From the NCBI GenBank assembly GCA_964438505.1, contig CAYTKN010000014.1, forward strand, positions 5,041 to 69,040: a DNA stretch of 64,000 nucleotides, read 5' to 3'. Below the pieces are notes generated by a model. It did no database searches, was not told the origin of the DNA, and was given only the letters and a program-made list of their open reading frames with translations. The DNA comes from an uncultured Burkholderiales bacterium. GTDB taxonomy: Bacteria; Actinomycetota; Acidimicrobiia; IMCC26256; JACPCJ01. Position numbers and translations under genes: made by a program. This document shows positions 44,767-54,012 of the stretch, one piece after another (within the stretch, counting starts at the first letter, position 1; every line of letters starts with the position of its first letter).

Positions 44767-45912
44767 TCAGCGCAGGGCACCCGGTCCGAACCGCTCGCGC
44801 ACGGCGTCGACCGCCGCGTCGACGGAGCGTCGATCCGTGGCGGGCCCGAAGGGCAGGCGCTGCTGCTGGAAGCCGTCCGTCCGGAGGTTGGAGACCCCCA
44901 CCCCCACGAGGCGCAGGCCCGCGGCGGCGTCCACCGACGCGAGCAGGTCGAGTGCGGCGCGAGCGAGCGCCTCGTCGTGGTCGGTCGGCTCCTCGAGGGT
45001 CGCGGACCGCGTCGAGGTTCGGAAGTCGCCCGAGCGCACCTTGAGCGTGACGGTGCGGCCGTGCAGGCGGCCCTCGCGCAGCCGGGCACCGACGCGGCGG
45101 GCGAGGCGCCGCACCTCGCCGCGGAGCACCCCGACGTCCGCGACGTCGTCGGGGAACGTCTCCTCGGCGCTGATCGACTTGGCGGCCCGGTCCGAGGCCA
45201 CCGTCCGCTCGTCGTCGTTCCAAGCCAGCGCGTGGAGGTGCGCTCCGTGGGCGGCGCCGAGCGAGCGGACGAGGCTGTCGAGCGGCACGCGGGCCAGGTC
45301 GCCGACCGTGCGCACGCCGAGGCGCTCGAGGCGCTCGCGGGTCGCCGGGCCGACCCCCCACAGGTCGCCGACCGGCCGGGGGTGCAGGAAGGAGAGCTCC
45401 TCCCCCGGCGCCACCACCGTCGACCCGTCGGGCTTGGCGTCCCCGCTGGCGAGCTTCGCCACCAGCTTGGTGGTCGCCACACCCACCGAGCAGGTGAGGC
45501 CCGTCTCGCCGTGGACCCGCTCCCGGATGCGGCGGGCGATCTCCGGGCCGGACCCGAAGAGCCGCCGGACACCCGCGACGTCGAGGAACGCCTCGTCGAT
45601 CGAGATCGGCTCCACCAGCGGGGTGAACGACTCGAGGATCGCGAGCACCTCGGCGCTCAGCTCCCGGTACGTGTCCATCCTCGGCGCCAGGAACACCCCG
45701 TCCGGGCACAGACGGCGGGCCCGCTCGGTCGGCATGGCCGAGCGCACGCCGAACCGCCGTGCCTCGTAGCTGGCCGCCGAGACGACGCCCCGCCGCCCGG
45801 TGCCGCCGACGACGACGGGCCGGCCCCGCAGGCGCGGATCGAGGAGCTGCTCGACCGACGCGTAGAACGCGTCGAGGTCGACGTGGAGCATCGACGGCTG
45901 GGCCACGCTCAC
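44767..45912 (-). CDS. dinB: DNA polymerase IV (Y-family)
   Basis: HVDLDAFYASVE and SIDEAFLDV motifs, little-finger domain. GTG 45912 overlaps the upstream NUDIX stop (GTGA). Alternative ATG at 45891. Confidence 0.93.
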   Translation of the reverse strand: MSVAQPSMLHVDLDAFYASVEQLLDPRLRGRPVVVGGTGRRGVVSAASYEARRFGVRSAMPTERARRLCPDGVFLAPRMDTYRELSAEVLAILESFTPLVEPISIDEAFLDVAGVRRLFGSGPEIARRIRERVHGETGLTCSVGVATTKLVAKLASGDAKPDGSTVVAPGEELSFLHPRPVGDLWGVGPATRERLERLGVRTVGDLARVPLDSLVRSLGAAHGAHLHALAWNDDERTVASDRAAKSISAEETFPDDVADVGVLRGEVRRLARRVGARLREGRLHGRTVTLKVRSGDFRTSTRSATLEEPTDHDEALARAALDLLASVDAAAGLRLVGVGVSNLRTDGFQQQRLPFGPATDRRSVDAAVDAVRERFGPGALR

Positions 45913-46412
45913 GCGCCGTCGAGCCGCTCGACCCGCAGCGACCGGAGGTCGCGCCCGCGCACCGAGTAGCGGTAGCGCCGGTGCCCGGCGGCGTCCCAGC
46001 GTGCGCCGATCCACTCGTCCAGCGGCTCGCGCACCCACCGGTGGCAGCCGGCGAGCAGCGACGAGCACTCGTCCTCGGTCACGAACGCGGCGTCGACCAC
46101 GATCCCGTCGGGGTCCTCCACCGCGAGCTCGCCCTCGTAGCGCCGGGCGACGAACACCTGGGCGAGCAGCTTCCAGCCCATCTCGGGCGCCGCGGCCGAC
46201 ACCTCGTAGACCGGGCCGTGCCAGTCGGTGACCGTGATGCCGGTCTCCTCCCGCACCTCCCGGGTGAGACCCGCGACGACACCCGCGTCGGAGTCGTCGA
46301 TCACACCGCCGGGCGGGCTCCAGTCGTCGCCGCCCCACCGGCGCCGGTTGCGTACCAGGAGGATGCCGTCAGGGCCCTCGACGAGCCCGCCGGCCACGAC
46401 CCACTCGTGCAC
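45909..46412 (-). CDS. NUDIX hydrolase
   Basis: Nudix-box-like GGVIDDSDAGVVAGLTREVREETGI. Confidence 0.85.
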   Translation of the reverse strand: MHEWVVAGGLVEGPDGILLVRNRRRWGGDDWSPPGGVIDDSDAGVVAGLTREVREETGITVTDWHGPVYEVSAAAPEMGWKLLAQVFVARRYEGELAVEDPDGIVVDAAFVTEDECSSLLAGCHRWVREPLDEWIGARWDAAGHRRYRYSVRGRDLRSLRVERLDGA

Positions 46413-47139
46413 GCGACCAGTGTGCCAGCCTCGTCAGCCGCTCGCGCGCCCCCCACCACGTGACCAGCACGAGCGCCTCGACGACGATGAGACCCGACAT
46501 CTTGGAGTGCCCTCGGGTGCGGTCGCGGAAGACGATCGGGACCTCCGTGACCACGGCGCCCGCACGCTCGAACCGGTAGAGCATCTCGATGAGGAACCCG
46601 TACCCGTCGGCCCTGACGCCGCGATGGTCGATCCGCTCGAGCAGGTCGGTGCGCACCGCCCGGAACCCGGTCGTCGCGTCGTGGCCGCGGAGGCCCAGGA
46701 GCGCACGGGCGTAGCGGTTGCCCCAGCGCGACAGTGCGCGGCGGTACCAGGGCCAGTCGGGGATCGCTCCCCCCGGCACGTACCGGGAGCCCACCGCCAC
46801 GTCCGCGCCGCCCGCGAGCGCGCCCACCAACTCGGGCAGCACGGCCGGGTCGTGCGAGAGGTCCGCGTCCATCTGCACGATCGCGTCGTAGCCCCGCTCG
46901 ATCGCCCACGACATCCCCGCCTTGTAGGCGGGACCGAGACCCTCCTTGGCGGCGCGGCGCAGCACGTGGACACCGCCGGTCTCCCTCCCGACCTGCTCGG
47001 CGAGGTCCGCGGTGCCGTCCGGGCTGGCGTCGTCGACGACGAGCACCTCGGCGTCGGGCAGGACGGAGCGGATGCGACGCAGCAGCACGGGGACGTTGTC
47101 CGCCTCGTCGTAGGTGGGGGTGATCACCAGCGTGCGCAC
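46369..47139 (-). CDS. GT2 polyprenol/dolichol-phosphate mannosyltransferase (Ppm1-like)
   Basis: ITPTYDEADN, VVDDASPDGT and MDADLSHDP motifs. Confidence 0.88.
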   Translation of the reverse strand: MRTLVITPTYDEADNVPVLLRRIRSVLPDAEVLVVDDASPDGTADLAEQVGRETGGVHVLRRAAKEGLGPAYKAGMSWAIERGYDAIVQMDADLSHDPAVLPELVGALAGGADVAVGSRYVPGGAIPDWPWYRRALSRWGNRYARALLGLRGHDATTGFRAVRTDLLERIDHRGVRADGYGFLIEMLYRFERAGAVVTEVPIVFRDRTRGHSKMSGLIVVEALVLVTWWGARERLTRLAHWSRARVGRGRRARRGP

Positions 47140-47196
47140 GGCGGGAGCCTACCCACCCGGTGCGGGGACCGGTCGCGCCGCCGGTAGCATCGGGGC

Positions 47197-47535
47197 ATGA
47201 CCTCGGGTCTGCGGCCGTCCCGCAGGGCGTTCGCCCTCGCGTACCTCTCGGTGGTCGCCGCGGGGGTCCTCGGCGGCTCGATCGGAGCAGGCCTCGTCGA
47301 CGTCATGTGCACGGGCTCGTGCGGGCCGAACGTGGCGCTCGGCGCGGTCGCCGGCGCCGTCGTCGCGGCCGGCGGGGTGGCCGTCGTCGCGGTGCTGGTG
47401 CTGCGCGCCATGGCCGAGTGGAACACCCACCAGGCCCGCGAGCTCGCCGACACCGCCGAGCGCGAGGCGTCCACGGCCGCGGGTCCCGAGGACCGGGAGC
47501 CGCCCGAGCCCCCGGCCGCTGAGCCCGGCCGCTGA
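47197..47535 (+). CDS. Small hypothetical membrane protein
   Basis: Two Gly/Ala/Val-rich hydrophobic segments and a polar tail. No family recognised. The stop lies inside a tandem-repeat array. Confidence 0.45.
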   Translation: MTSGLRPSRRAFALAYLSVVAAGVLGGSIGAGLVDVMCTGSCGPNVALGAVAGAVVAAGGVAVVAVLVLRAMAEWNTHQARELADTAEREASTAAGPEDREPPEPPAAEPGR

Positions 47536-47599
47536 GCCCGGCCGCCGAGCCCGGCCGCTGAGCTCAGCCTCCGAGCTCAGCCTCCGAGCGAGAGCCTCC
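47506..47599. repeat. 13-bp tandem repeat array (about 7 units: GAGCCCGGCCGCT then GAGCTCAGCCTCC) at a convergent gene junction
   Basis: Read directly. It contains the stop codons of both flanking genes (47533-47535 plus strand, 47577-47579 minus strand). Confidence 0.9.
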
Positions 47600-48293
47600 G
47601 GAACGCCTCCGCGTAGCGCACGCCCGCCCGCCGACCGCCGTCCTCGGCCCGCTCGCGGAGGAACTCGCGGAACCAGTCGCCGGTCTCGACGAGCTGGCTG
47701 GCGTGCCGGAACAGGGCGTCGATCTTGGTCTCGATCGTGTCGCCGATGTCGACCCAGCAGTTGGGCTCGAAGGTCGCCGACAGGAAGACCTCGGAGACCT
47801 CGTGGGTCTCCAGGCCGGCGGCGAGCTGCTCCCGGAAGTAGTGGGGGTTTCCGGCCGCCGGTGCCACGGCGTCGAGGGCCGCCCACCCGGTGACGCGGTG
47901 GTCCCGGTGGTTGAAGTACCGGTCGCCGAAGAACACCGCCGTGGGGTCGGGACAGACGACGGCCGCGGGGCGGAGGCGGCGGATGTGCTCGACGATCTCG
48001 CCGCGCAGCTCGACGTCGTTCTCGACCTCGCCGTCGGGGTGGTCGAGGTGGAAGTGGTCGGCGAATCCCATCAGCTCGGTGGAGGCGGCGCTCTCCTCCA
48101 CCCGCAGCCGGATCAGCTCCTCGGGGTCCTGGTCCGGGTCCTGGGAGCCCTTCTCGCCGGTGGTGCACACCAGCAGCCAGACCGTCGCCCCCGCGCGGGC
48201 CCACCGGGCGAGGGTCCCGCCCGCCGCGATCTCGGCGTCGTCGGGATGGCCGTAGACGGCGAGGACGCTGTCGGGAACCTCGGTGTGGAGCAC
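47577..48293 (-). CDS. PIG-L/LmbE-family N-acetylglucosaminyl deacetylase
   Basis: VYGHPDDAEIAAGGTLA zinc-binding motif and HRDH motif. Confidence 0.85.
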   Translation of the reverse strand: MLHTEVPDSVLAVYGHPDDAEIAAGGTLARWARAGATVWLLVCTTGEKGSQDPDQDPEELIRLRVEESAASTELMGFADHFHLDHPDGEVENDVELRGEIVEHIRRLRPAAVVCPDPTAVFFGDRYFNHRDHRVTGWAALDAVAPAAGNPHYFREQLAAGLETHEVSEVFLSATFEPNCWVDIGDTIETKIDALFRHASQLVETGDWFREFLRERAEDGGRRAGVRYAEAFRRLSLGG

Positions 48294-49328
48294 TCAGACC
48301 TCCACGCCGTTGACGACGTTGCGGGGCGGCTCGCCCCGCATCACGCGGCGGACGTTCTCCGCGGTCATCTTGATGATGCGCACCTGCGCCTCGGCGGGCG
48401 TCCCCGCGGTGTGCGGGGTGAGGATCACGTTGTCGAGCTCGGTGAGCGGGTCGCCGGATCGCAGGGGCTCCTCCTCGAACACGTCGAGGGCGGCCGCCTT
48501 GATGGTGCCGTCGCGCAACGCCTCGACCAGGGCGGCCTGGTCGACGATCTCGCCGCGGGCGACGTTGATCAGGTACGCCGACTCCCGCATGCGCGCCAGG
48601 GCGTCGGCGTCGACGAGGTGCCTGGTGCCCTCGGTGAGCGGGGTGTGGAGCGAGACGACGTCGGCCTCCCCCAGCAGCTCGTCGAGGTCCCGGCGGACCG
48701 CCCCCAGCTCCTCCTCGACCTCGGGGGGTGCGGCCACCGGATCGAAGTAGCGGACGTCGACGTCCCAGCCCTGCAGGCGCGTGGCCAGCTCGCGGCCGAT
48801 GCGACCGAACCCGACGATGCCCCACACCTTCCCCGCCAGCTCGAAGTGGCCTCTCGCGCCGACCTCGAGCTGGGGCCACCCGCCCTTGCGGACCTCGGCG
48901 TCGAGCCACAGCGGGTGCTTCATGAGGGCGAGGGCCATCATGATCGTGTGCTCGGCCACGGCCACGTTGTTGCCGCCCGCGGCGTTGCAGACGGGGATCC
49001 CGCGCTCGGCGGCCGCGTCGACGTCGATCTGCTGGTAGCCGACCGACGGCTGCTGGATCAGCCGGCACCGGTCCATCCGCTCGACCACGCGGCGGCTGAT
49101 CGGCACCTCGAAGAGGTAGTCGCCGATCACGACGTCCGCGCCGGCGACCGCGTCGACGGCGGCGTCCTCGGTGCGCGGGTCGACCACCACCACGTCGAAG
49201 TCGCCCGCCTCGTCGCCGACGAGTCGCGCCACCGAGTCGGCGTCGAGCGCGGCGGTCGACACGACGGTCCAACGTTCGGGCAACGCTGCGGTCATCGCTC
49301 CTCCGGTTCGCTCATCCGGTTCGCTCAT
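48294..49328 (-). CDS. D-isomer-specific 2-hydroxyacid dehydrogenase family protein (start may be Met12)
   Basis: NAD-binding GIVGFGRIGRELA and catalytic-domain pattern ...LTPHTAG. Confidence 0.88.
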   Translation of the reverse strand: MSEPDERTGGAMTAALPERWTVVSTAALDADSVARLVGDEAGDFDVVVVDPRTEDAAVDAVAGADVVIGDYLFEVPISRRVVERMDRCRLIQQPSVGYQQIDVDAAAERGIPVCNAAGGNNVAVAEHTIMMALALMKHPLWLDAEVRKGGWPQLEVGARGHFELAGKVWGIVGFGRIGRELATRLQGWDVDVRYFDPVAAPPEVEEELGAVRRDLDELLGEADVVSLHTPLTEGTRHLVDADALARMRESAYLINVARGEIVDQAALVEALRDGTIKAAALDVFEEEPLRSGDPLTELDNVILTPHTAGTPAEAQVRIIKMTAENVRRVMRGEPPRNVVNGVEV

Positions 49329-49466
49329 CCGGGTCGCTCCTCCGGAGCGCTGCTCCGGGTGCCCGGCTCTCGGCGGGTCGCCGCCGACAAGCTAGTGGAG
49401 TGCCCCCGAGCTCTCCCCGGTCCGGCAGAGCTCCCGGAGCCCGCGGACCCCTCAGAGCAGGCCGGG

Positions 49467-50351
49467 TCAGGCCGGTCGGACCGGCCGGATCAGGCCCTCC
49501 TGGATCACGGTCACGGCGTGGCGGCCGTCGCGGGTGAAGATCAGTCCCTCGGCGAGGCCGCGGGCGCCGGCGTCGCTCAGGGGACGCTGGTGGTAGAGGA
49601 GCCACTCGTCGGCGCGGAAGGGCCGGTGGAACCACATGGCGTGGTCGAGGCTGGCCATCATCACCCCGTCGTCGGCCCTGCCGTGGGGCAGCAGGGTGCT
49701 GTCGAGGAGGGTGAAGTCGGAGGCGTAGGTGACCACGCACGCGTGGAGCGTCGGGTCGTCGGGGAGCTCACCGTCGGCGCGGATCCACACGAGCTGCTCG
49801 TGGCGCGGCTCGAAGTCGCGCGCGAGCCAGATCGGCTCGTCGACGTGACGGATGTCGATCGGCCGGGGCCGGTCGATCCACTCGGCGAGACGCTCGCCGT
49901 GAGCCTGGAGCCGCTCGTTCAGGGTCGGCACCGACTCCGGAGCGGGAGCGGGCGGCATAGCCGACTCGTGGTCGAAGCCCTCCTCGTGGCGGTGGAACGA
50001 CGCCTGGAGGTTGAAGATCGCCCGGCCGTGCTGGACGGCGACGACCCGCCGGGTGGTGAACGAGCGGCCGTCGCGGATGCGGTCGACCTCGTAGACGATC
50101 GGGGCCCGCGGGTCGCCCGGTCGGAGGAAGTAGGCGTGGAGCGAGTGGACCGTGCGGTCGCCCCCCACGTCTCCTCCGGCGCGCTCGGTGGTCATCTCGA
50201 CCGTCCGCATGGCGGCCACGAGCGCCTGGCCGGCCACCTGGCCCCCGAACACGCGCTGGCGCTCCTCGTCGGGGCTGACGCCCCGGAACAGGTTCACCTC
50301 GAGTCGCTCGAGATCGAGCAGCTCGATCAGTCCGTCGAGTGCGGTTCCCAC
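49467..50351 (-). CDS. tesB: Acyl-CoA thioesterase II
   Basis: Double hot-dog layout with N-terminus LLDLERLEVNLFRG...RVFGGQVAGQALVAA. GTG start preceded by GAGAGGAG. Confidence 0.88.
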   Translation of the reverse strand: MGTALDGLIELLDLERLEVNLFRGVSPDEERQRVFGGQVAGQALVAAMRTVEMTTERAGGDVGGDRTVHSLHAYFLRPGDPRAPIVYEVDRIRDGRSFTTRRVVAVQHGRAIFNLQASFHRHEEGFDHESAMPPAPAPESVPTLNERLQAHGERLAEWIDRPRPIDIRHVDEPIWLARDFEPRHEQLVWIRADGELPDDPTLHACVVTYASDFTLLDSTLLPHGRADDGVMMASLDHAMWFHRPFRADEWLLYHQRPLSDAGARGLAEGLIFTRDGRHAVTVIQEGLIRPVRPA

Positions 50352-50370
50352 GGACCTGACTCCTCTCTAC

Positions 50371-50426
50371 CGGTGTTGCTGCCGGTCTGCCGGTGTTGCT
50401 GCCGGTGTTGCTGCCGGTGTCGCTGC
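50371..50426. repeat. 12-bp tandem repeat (CGGTGTTGCTGC x4, interrupted by one 8-nt unit) upstream of tesB
   Basis: Read directly in the pfkA-tesB spacer. Confidence 0.85.
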
Positions 50427-50506
50427 CGACCTCTGCTGGTCTGTTGGCGTTCACCGGCCTGCCGGCGTTCGCTGGTCTGCCCGAGTGTCGCGAGCCGTCG
50501 CGACCG

Positions 50507-51538
50507 TCAGCCGAAGAAGACGCTGGCGACCTCGTAGACGCGCATGTCGACGGTCTTGAGCTCGGCGACGGCGTCGGCGAGCGGCACGCGCTCGATGTGC
50601 TCGCCGCGCAGCGCCATCATCTTCCCGAAGTCCCCCTCGTGGACCGCGTCGACGGCCTCGACCCCGAAGCGGCTGGCCAGCACCCGGTCGTAGGCCGTGG
50701 GGGTGCCGCCCCGCTGGATGTGACCGAGGATCGTGACCCGGGTCTCGAAGCGGGTGCGCTCCTCGATCGCCTCCTGGATGGCGTTGCCGATCCCGCCGAG
50801 GCGCACGTGGCCGAACTCGTCGGTCCCGGCCTCCTGCACGCTCATCGTGCCCTCCTTGGGGACGGCGCCCTCGGCCACCGCCACGATCGAGAAGCTCGCC
50901 CCCCGCCGGTGGCGGCGCCTGATGTGGTCGCAGACCTCCTCGATGTCGAAGGGCACCTCGGGAATGAGGATCACGTCCGCGCCCCCGGCCAGACCCGAGT
51001 GGGTCGCGATCCAGCCGGCGTGACGGCCCATCACCTCTACCACCATCACCCGGTCGTGGGACTCGGCGGTGGTGTGGAGGCGGTCGATGGCGTCGGTGGC
51101 GGTCTGCACCGCGGTCTGGAACCCGAACGTGAAGTCGGTGGACGACAGGTCGTTGTCGATGGTCTTGGGCACGCCGACCACGGGGAAGCCCTCCTCCGCG
51201 TGGAGCCGGTGGGCGACGCCGAGGGTGTCCTCGCCGCCGACCGCCACGAGCGCGTCGACGTGCTCTCCCCGGATCGTCTCGAGGACCCGCGCCACGCCGT
51301 CGTCGCTCTTGTAGGGGTTCGTCCGGGAGGTCCCGATGATCGTGCCGCCCCGGTGGAGGATCCCCCGGGTGTTGGTGATCGTCAGGTCGTCGAACTCGCC
51401 GTCCATGACGCCCCGCCAGCCGCTGCGGAAGCCGACGACGTTGTGCCCGTAGCGGCCCTCTCCCTTGCGCACCACCGCACGGATCACCGCGTTGAGGCCG
51501 GGGCAGTCGCCGCCGCCGGTCAGCAGTCCGATTCGCAT
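50507..51538 (-). CDS. pfkA: 6-phosphofructokinase (ATP- or PPi-dependent, PfkA family)
   Basis: GGGDCPGLNAVIR, PKTIDND and GHIQRGG motifs. Confidence 0.93.
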   Translation of the reverse strand: MRIGLLTGGGDCPGLNAVIRAVVRKGEGRYGHNVVGFRSGWRGVMDGEFDDLTITNTRGILHRGGTIIGTSRTNPYKSDDGVARVLETIRGEHVDALVAVGGEDTLGVAHRLHAEEGFPVVGVPKTIDNDLSSTDFTFGFQTAVQTATDAIDRLHTTAESHDRVMVVEVMGRHAGWIATHSGLAGGADVILIPEVPFDIEEVCDHIRRRHRRGASFSIVAVAEGAVPKEGTMSVQEAGTDEFGHVRLGGIGNAIQEAIEERTRFETRVTILGHIQRGGTPTAYDRVLASRFGVEAVDAVHEGDFGKMMALRGEHIERVPLADAVAELKTVDMRVYEVASVFFG

Positions 51539-51719
51539 CCGCGCTCCTTCGACGTCCGGTGCTGCTCAGGCCCGTCCTGCTCGGGACCGTGCCGCTCGGC
51601 CCGTGCTGCTCGCCGGGTGCCGCGGGAGCGAGCGCGCGCCGCATGTGAATCTACAGCGGCGCAGCCGCCGGCGAACCTGCCCTGTCTCCGACAACCCGGT
51701 GACCCTGCGTCCGGCTCCC

Positions 51720-51725
51720 TAGGAT
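51720..51725 (+). promoter_or_regulatory. Candidate -10 hexamer (TAGGAT) for a leaderless glpK transcript starting at GTG 51733
   Basis: TANNNT ends 7 nt before the in-frame GTG, which would give MGVVIAIDAGTTG. Confidence 0.4.
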
Positions 51726-53211
51726 GCACGCCGTGGGAGTCGTCATCGCCATCGACGCGGGCACCACCGGCGTGCGCGCCATCGCCTTCGACGAGCGCGG
51801 GCGGCCCGGATCATCCTCGTACCGGGAGTTCCCCCAGCACTTCCCCGGCCCCGGGTGGGTCGAGCACGACCCCGAGGAGATCTGGCAGGCCACCGCGACG
51901 GTCCTCGACGAGGTCGTGCGCTCCCTGGAGGGCGAGCCGGTCGCCTGCATCGGCATCACCAACCAGCGCGAGACCACCGTGGTGTGGAGCGCGGCGACGG
52001 GCAGGCCGCTGCACCGGGCCCTCGTGTGGCAGGACCGCCGCACCGCGGCGCGCTGCGAGGAGCTGAAGGAGGCCGGAGCGGAACCCGACGTCCGCAGTCG
52101 CACGGGGCTCGTGCTCGACCCCTACTTCTCGGGCACCAAGCTCGAGTGGCTCCTCACCGAGGGCGGTGTGCCCGCGGACGCCGATCTGGCCTTCGGCACC
52201 GTCGACTCCTGGATCCTCCACCGCCTCACCGGCGGCGCGGAGGGTGGCGTGCACGCGACCGACCCCTCGAACGCGTCCCGCACGCTCCTCTACGACATCG
52301 GTCGCCTCGACTGGAGCGACGAGCTGCTCGAGCGCTTCGGCGTCCCGCGCTCGTGCCTGCCCGAGGTGCTGCCCTCGAGCGGGCACTTCGGGACGACCCG
52401 CCCCGAGTGCGCCGCCGGCCTGGAGGTGCCCGTCACCGGCATCGCCGGCGACCAGCAGGCGGCGCTCTTCGGCCAGGCGTGCTTCGACCCGGGGCTCACC
52501 AAGAACACCTACGGCACCGGCTCGTTCGTGCTGATGAACGTGGGCGCCGCGCCCCCGCGACCGGCGGAGGGCCTCCTCACGACCGTCGCGTGGGACCTGG
52601 GCGGCGAGACGACCTACGCGCTCGAAGGCGCCGTGTTCGTCACCGGAGCCGCCGTCCAGTGGCTGCGCGACGGCCTCGGGATGATCGGCGACGCCTCGGA
52701 GACGGCGCCGCTGGCCGAGAGCGTGGAGACCACCGAGGACGTCTACTTCGTACCGGCGTTCACCGGCCTCGGCTCCCCCCACTGGGACCCGTACGCCAGG
52801 GGCACGATCGTCGGCCTCACGCGGGGCACGACCCGAGCCCACCTCGCCCGCGCCGCGGTCGAGGCGATGGCGTACCAGACCCGCGACGTGGTCGACGCCA
52901 TGGGCGCGGCCTCCACCACCGAGGTGGCCGAGCTGCGCGCCGACGGGGGCGCCAGCGTCATGGACGTGCTGTGCCGCTTCCAGGCCGACCTGCTCGGCGT
53001 CCCGGTGCTCCGTCCCCGCGTGGCCGAGACCACCGCGCTCGGCGCCGCCTACCTGGCCGGCCTCGCCCGGGAGGTGTGGGGATCCACCGACGAGCTCGCC
53101 GAGCACTGGCTCCTCGACCGCGAGTTCGAGCCGAGGCCCGACGACACGATCGAGGGCCGCTACGCCGACTGGGCCCGGGCGGTCGACCGGGCGCGGGGCT
53201 GGGCGAGGTGA
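51724..53211 (+). CDS. glpK: Glycerol kinase (start ATG 51724 or GTG 51733)
   Basis: AIDAGTTGVRA, GWVEHDPEEIW and ITNQRETTVVW motifs, full-length FGGY kinase. Confidence 0.95.
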   Translation: MHAVGVVIAIDAGTTGVRAIAFDERGRPGSSSYREFPQHFPGPGWVEHDPEEIWQATATVLDEVVRSLEGEPVACIGITNQRETTVVWSAATGRPLHRALVWQDRRTAARCEELKEAGAEPDVRSRTGLVLDPYFSGTKLEWLLTEGGVPADADLAFGTVDSWILHRLTGGAEGGVHATDPSNASRTLLYDIGRLDWSDELLERFGVPRSCLPEVLPSSGHFGTTRPECAAGLEVPVTGIAGDQQAALFGQACFDPGLTKNTYGTGSFVLMNVGAAPPRPAEGLLTTVAWDLGGETTYALEGAVFVTGAAVQWLRDGLGMIGDASETAPLAESVETTEDVYFVPAFTGLGSPHWDPYARGTIVGLTRGTTRAHLARAAVEAMAYQTRDVVDAMGAASTTEVAELRADGGASVMDVLCRFQADLLGVPVLRPRVAETTALGAAYLAGLAREVWGSTDELAEHWLLDREFEPRPDDTIEGRYADWARAVDRARGWAR

Positions 53212-53223
53212 TCCCTGCCGCGC

Positions 53224-53934
53224 CTACGCGGCGACCTCGGGGGTGAGGCGCGCGACCTCGACGGGCTCGCTCGGCACGTCGCGGGCCCGCTTGGTCGCGT
53301 AGGTGTCGACGTACTCCTGACCGGAGAGCTCGCGGATCTCGAACATCACCTCGTCGGTGATCTGGCGGAGCACCATCCGGTCGGACTCGCGGCCCGCGTG
53401 GCGGGTGAAGTCGAGCGGCCTGCCGAACCGGATCGTGACCGGACGGAAGAAGCGGGGCAGCGTGGCGTCGGGCGGCTGGACCTCGCGGGTGCCGACCAGG
53501 CCGACCGGCACCACCGGAGCCCCGGAGCGCAGCGCCAGCCTCGCCACCCCGGTGTGCCCGCGGTGCAGGAGGCCGTCGCGCGAGCGGGTGCCCTCCGGGT
53601 AGATGCCGAACACACCGCCGTCGCGGAGCACGTCGAGCGCGGAGGCCAGCGCCCGCTCGCTCGCGCTGCCGCCGCCGCGGCGGATCGGGATCTGCCCGAC
53701 GCCCCGGAAGAACCAACGGGTCTTCCGGGACTCGAAGTACTCGGCCTTCGCCACGAAGGTGACCCGACGGCGGACGACCAGCGGGACGAGCAGCGAGTCG
53801 AGGAACGACAGGTGGTTCGCCGCGACGATCACCGGGCCCTCGGCGGGCACGCCGTCGCCGCCCTCGACCCGGATGCGCAGCAGGAGGCGCAGCACGGGTG
53901 TGAGGATCGCCTTGAGGATCCAGTACAGCACCAC
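53224..53934 (-). CDS. plsC: 1-acyl-sn-glycerol-3-phosphate acyltransferase family protein
   Basis: NHLSFLD (HX4D) and YPEGTRS motifs. GTG start at 53934 or 53931. Confidence 0.85.
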   Translation of the reverse strand: MVLYWILKAILTPVLRLLLRIRVEGGDGVPAEGPVIVAANHLSFLDSLLVPLVVRRRVTFVAKAEYFESRKTRWFFRGVGQIPIRRGGGSASERALASALDVLRDGGVFGIYPEGTRSRDGLLHRGHTGVARLALRSGAPVVPVGLVGTREVQPPDATLPRFFRPVTIRFGRPLDFTRHAGRESDRMVLRQITDEVMFEIRELSGQEYVDTYATKRARDVPSEPVEVARLTPEVAA

Positions 53935-54012
53935 GCCATGATTACCACGCCACGCGGCTTCGGGCACCTGCCACCCGGGGCCGCAGCGCCACACCCGGGC
54001 TCGGATCCCATG

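Noticed and set aside
49768-50454. ORF starting MNANRPAEVGSDTGSNTGSNTG that reads through the 12-bp repeat into tesB.
   Set aside because: It overlaps tesB out of frame for more than 200 codons with Arg/Pro/Gly-rich sequence. Only the repeat portion has good GC3, and that is explained by the repeat itself.
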